From Azolla caroliniana (Eukaryota; Plantae; Polypodiophyta), in assembly GCA_043228905.1 (NCBI GenBank), contig JBHGNT010000004.1, positions 21,328,001-21,392,000 of the forward strand: a DNA stretch of 64,000 nt, written 5' to 3'. The translations under genes were made by a program, and so were the position numbers. The notes under the pieces were generated by a model. It saw nothing but the letters and a program-made list of their open reading frames with translations, did not search any database and was not told the origin of the DNA. This document shows, piece after piece, positions 60,662-64,000 of this stretch (position 1 is its first letter; each line of letters begins with the position of its first letter).

Positions 60662-63100
60662 ATGGCTGTGCTGGAGTGCGATCTCCGAGGGCGCAGCAAG
60701 AGCTCCCATCTCCTCGCGAAATCAGTCCTGAAGAGCAGCGTGGTCTTGCATGCAGTGTATGGCCACATCAGATCTCCTGCCACGCTCGATGTGGTGTTTG
60801 GAAAGGTGCGTGAGAGAGTGAGAGTGAGAGAGAGTGAGAGAGAGAGAGTGAGAGAGAGAGATAGGAGAGGATATTTATCGGAAATGTGGAAGCAACTCTC
60901 ACTCATGGGAATGGCGTAATTAAAGGAGAGTACATGTGTAAATTTGAGAGAGAAAAAGAAAGAAGAAAGAAAGAAGGAAGAAGAAATAAGAAAGAAATGG
61001 AAGATGATGATGTGACCTTTTGTCGTCAAAGGGCTGCGATGATGTAAGGAGAAAACATCCAAAGGGTAAATACATGAATCCTTCAGAGATTGTCAAAAAA
61101 TGTAGGGTAATACTTGTGTGTTGAGAGGGAGAGTGAAATATCTTCCGCATTTAGTGATAATTGATGATATTCTGATCTATAAGGAACATGTCAAATCACT
61201 CATCATGATGCCTTTCTTAGTGTTCATGGAAATCCTTGAGATTAGGAAATGCAAATGAAGGATATAGCCAACCAATGCCAGCCTCATACAGGGGAGCATC
61301 TATGTCAAGAGAGTGCGCATGGTAGAATATAGAATAGGGTGTACATGAAAGGAAAACTTCCATCAGGATATCCAATCATATGGGCTGTCCAGATTATATG
61401 CTAATCGAACTATCTCTAGTCTCTTAATATCATGAGAGATGATTAAGTGTTGTAATTGAAGGACAGTTTTTCCATGAGGTAGAGATTCCCCTCTTCACAT
61501 GAGCTCCCTTGTTGTTGTGCTGTCATTAGTTGGTCTAGTATTGTCCCAAAGGAAATCCATATCGGTAATATCCAGGCTATGATGTGGCTTATTCAGGAGA
61601 GCCTACCTACTAGGATGTAGCTACAATGACTGCACTACATTTTCGTTTTAGGAAACAATGTTTCTAAATTGTTCTTAATGCTGATAACTATTTGAACCAT
61701 ACTTTAGTTCGGGTCATTCAGAATTTCAAAAAACAGGCTGTAAATTTAGAGTTGATATAGTATTCAAGAGATTTCATGTCTTGCGACTTATACAAATAGT
61801 TTTCCAACATGCTGTATTGTGGAAATTTGTGTTTTTTTGGGTGCAATGAAGTCCCTTTGAACTTATATATCAATGTGTGTATAGGAAACATCTTTGGAGT
61901 TGCTTGTGGTGAGTGAGGACGGAATTATGCAGTCTATATTTGAGCAACCCATCTTTGGTAAAATAAAAGATATGAAGCTCCTTCCATGGAATGAACACTA
62001 TCGAAGCTCCCAGCCTCAGGTAAATGAAATGTTGGTATATTAATGAAGGTTAATTATGTTTGTCATGTCTTATGAATATAACAAATATTTAAAAATTTGA
62101 TGTCATCCTAGAGACCCAAGGTAGCATTAACCTCATAATTTCTTAGCTATACCAATTCAAAATACCATTGCTCTCCTATGAAGCTCGAGTGCATGAATTT
62201 ATTGATTTAAATGTAAGGTTTATGATTGGTTTCAACTTCCCTAAGTTTCTTGATTAATTCAGATGCTAATTCAAAAGATAATAACAAAGTAAAATCTATT
62301 TAATGGACCAATATGTTTTATAGTTGTATTCTTTCAGCTTGATTATAGGCTGCATATTTAGGCTAGGATTCCTTGACTCTAATTGCTTTATCTTTTTATG
62401 AATATGCTAGATCATGTTGTAAGCTTGTATGTGAAACTATCTCAAAGGTCTGTAAAACTGGCAACTCTCTCCCAAATACTGAGTGAGACATCATGAATAG
62501 ATATGAGGAAGAAATGTTTTCACTGTTTCGGGGGGTGATGAGATAAATTATAGGTTGATGAGACTGAGATATTCCATTGTGATATAATCTTGCACATTTT
62601 TTCACTAATTTCCTCACCTCCACATGACAGATATATGGGTATCACAAGGGCAGTTCAGTTTTGGTTGTAAACTACTATGTAATCTCAAAATAGGCATTTT
62701 TCTCCCAGTACAGCCTTTCGTTCAATAAATTCTCTGGTTTTTAATCTTCAGCTGAAACAGTACTTTGTGTGCAGGCTCCTCTAATTCCTCTCTGTTGTCG
62801 TTTTCTGCTTCCCTATACTGGGAGCTGTTAGTTCTCTTGTGGGTGTTATTTTCTTCTTTGTATTTACAGATACGTGGAAAGGACCTCCTTGTAGTGACAT
62901 CGGATTCTGGAAAGATGTCATTCTTGACTTTTTGCATTGAGTTACACAGGTCTCATCTCCACTTCTGTTTAGAATTGCAAAAGTCATGCAAAAATTGAAT
63001 TGTCTTCCATTTTTAGGTTTTTGGCAATTGCACATGTGCAAATATCTCAATCAGTAAATGCTCGACGGGATCTGGGTCAATTTTTGGCTGTTGAATCCAG
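60662..63100 (+). CDS. 5' exons of an SF3B3/DDB1/CPSF160 beta-propeller family gene (At3g11960-like), continuing beyond the window
   Basis: Exons 60662-60805, 61885-62019, 62870-62949 and ~63017-63100 encode LAKSVLKSSVVLHAVYGHIRSP..DVVFGK / ETSLEL..EQPIFGKIKD / GKDLLVVTSDSGKMSFL / FLAIAHVQIS. Confidence 0.85.
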
Positions 63101-64000
63101 GTTCGCATAGATATATTTATTTACACATATTGAATTTGATTGAACATGGAAAAGGGAGATTGCGTATTATTACAATCTGTTAGAAGAGAGGCAAGAGGAA
63201 ATGAAGCAATCTGAATCTGGTTTATATGCTCCAAGTACCGCAAAATTGAAATATTTGTGCCTTTCTCTTTTATAGATAGTGTAAAATAAAACCAAGTAGT
63301 TGAACCATTTGGGTAATAAAGTCTCCCAAGGCCTGTGGATGGATTAAAAGATAGGATAAGAGAGAGAAGTTAAGGAAGAAGAATGGTAATGAAATTTTGG
63401 GAGGTATTCTGGTGGGAGGTCAACTCCTGCATGATAGCAAAATGTTTTCAAAAGTTTTTTTGCATTCCACTCCTGCATTTAGATTCTTTGGAATATTTGC
63501 CTATGCTTACTGTCCTGACTTTCATTCCCTTGGTTTCTTATGACTATGATCTTATATCAAGTTTCACAATTCCATAGCTGATCCCTTGCTGCGTTTATTG
63601 CTGACAAGAAAAGTAAAAGCTTGAACCTGAGAGATTCTGGTTCAGTGTGACTGTAAAATTTGCTAGGATATTATGTGTTATTGAACCAGACAAAGCAGCA
63701 GGGTGTGAAACCAAAAATAGCAAGGGCTCAGTGGGGTGTTAGATTTGGGTGAACAACTGCTGTTATGTTACTGTTGGTATTAATTGCATTAGTCTTTACA
63801 ACAACTTAGACTAGATCTGCAAGTGAAATTCATAGCAGTTAGAAATATGATATATTCTCAAAAGTCCTTTACTCGAAAGTTCTCTTTATATTTTATTTAT
63901 CTGTCTTGTTTGTTTCACTTTAATTTCTCGTTTCGCTACATGCTCTTTGGGGCCCATAAAATAAACAAACGCAAACAAACAAACAAACAAACATACACAC

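Noticed and set aside
60335-61062. 194-aa (+) and 239-aa (-) ORFs
   Set aside because: They are read-throughs of promoter repeats and (ATCGCC)n. Only 60662-60805 is a supported exon.

Overview
Eukaryotic nuclear DNA from a land plant, probably a non-seed plant such as a fern or lycophyte (inferred from the Tcn1-like element and the gene and intron style). Bases 1-18.1 kb are a nest of LTR retrotransposons. It holds an intact, very young non-chromovirus Ty3/Gypsy element (5370-15193, identical 411-bp LTRs, CGCAT TSD, 1951-aa Gag-Pol plus a ~920-aa extra ORF), an internally deleted relative (389-4072), a decayed Tcn1-like chromovirus with a Tf1-type self-priming signature, and a Copia fragment. 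The rest is gene space: a RING-H2 E3 ligase, a DHRS12-like SDR, an HMA1-type P1B ATPase, a conserved secreted/membrane protein of unknown function, DAD1/OST2, a P-class PPR gene, an intron-containing tRNA-Tyr and the 5' part of an SF3B3/DDB1/CPSF160-family gene, plus MITEs, LINE relics and microsatellites. The most striking observation is that both related Gypsy elements lack a polypurine tract next to the 3' LTR. In its place they carry a conserved sequence resembling a tRNA-Arg 3' end (...TCCCACGGGYGTGCCA-TG-LTR), which is a second, antisense PBS. This suggests tRNA priming of both DNA strands.
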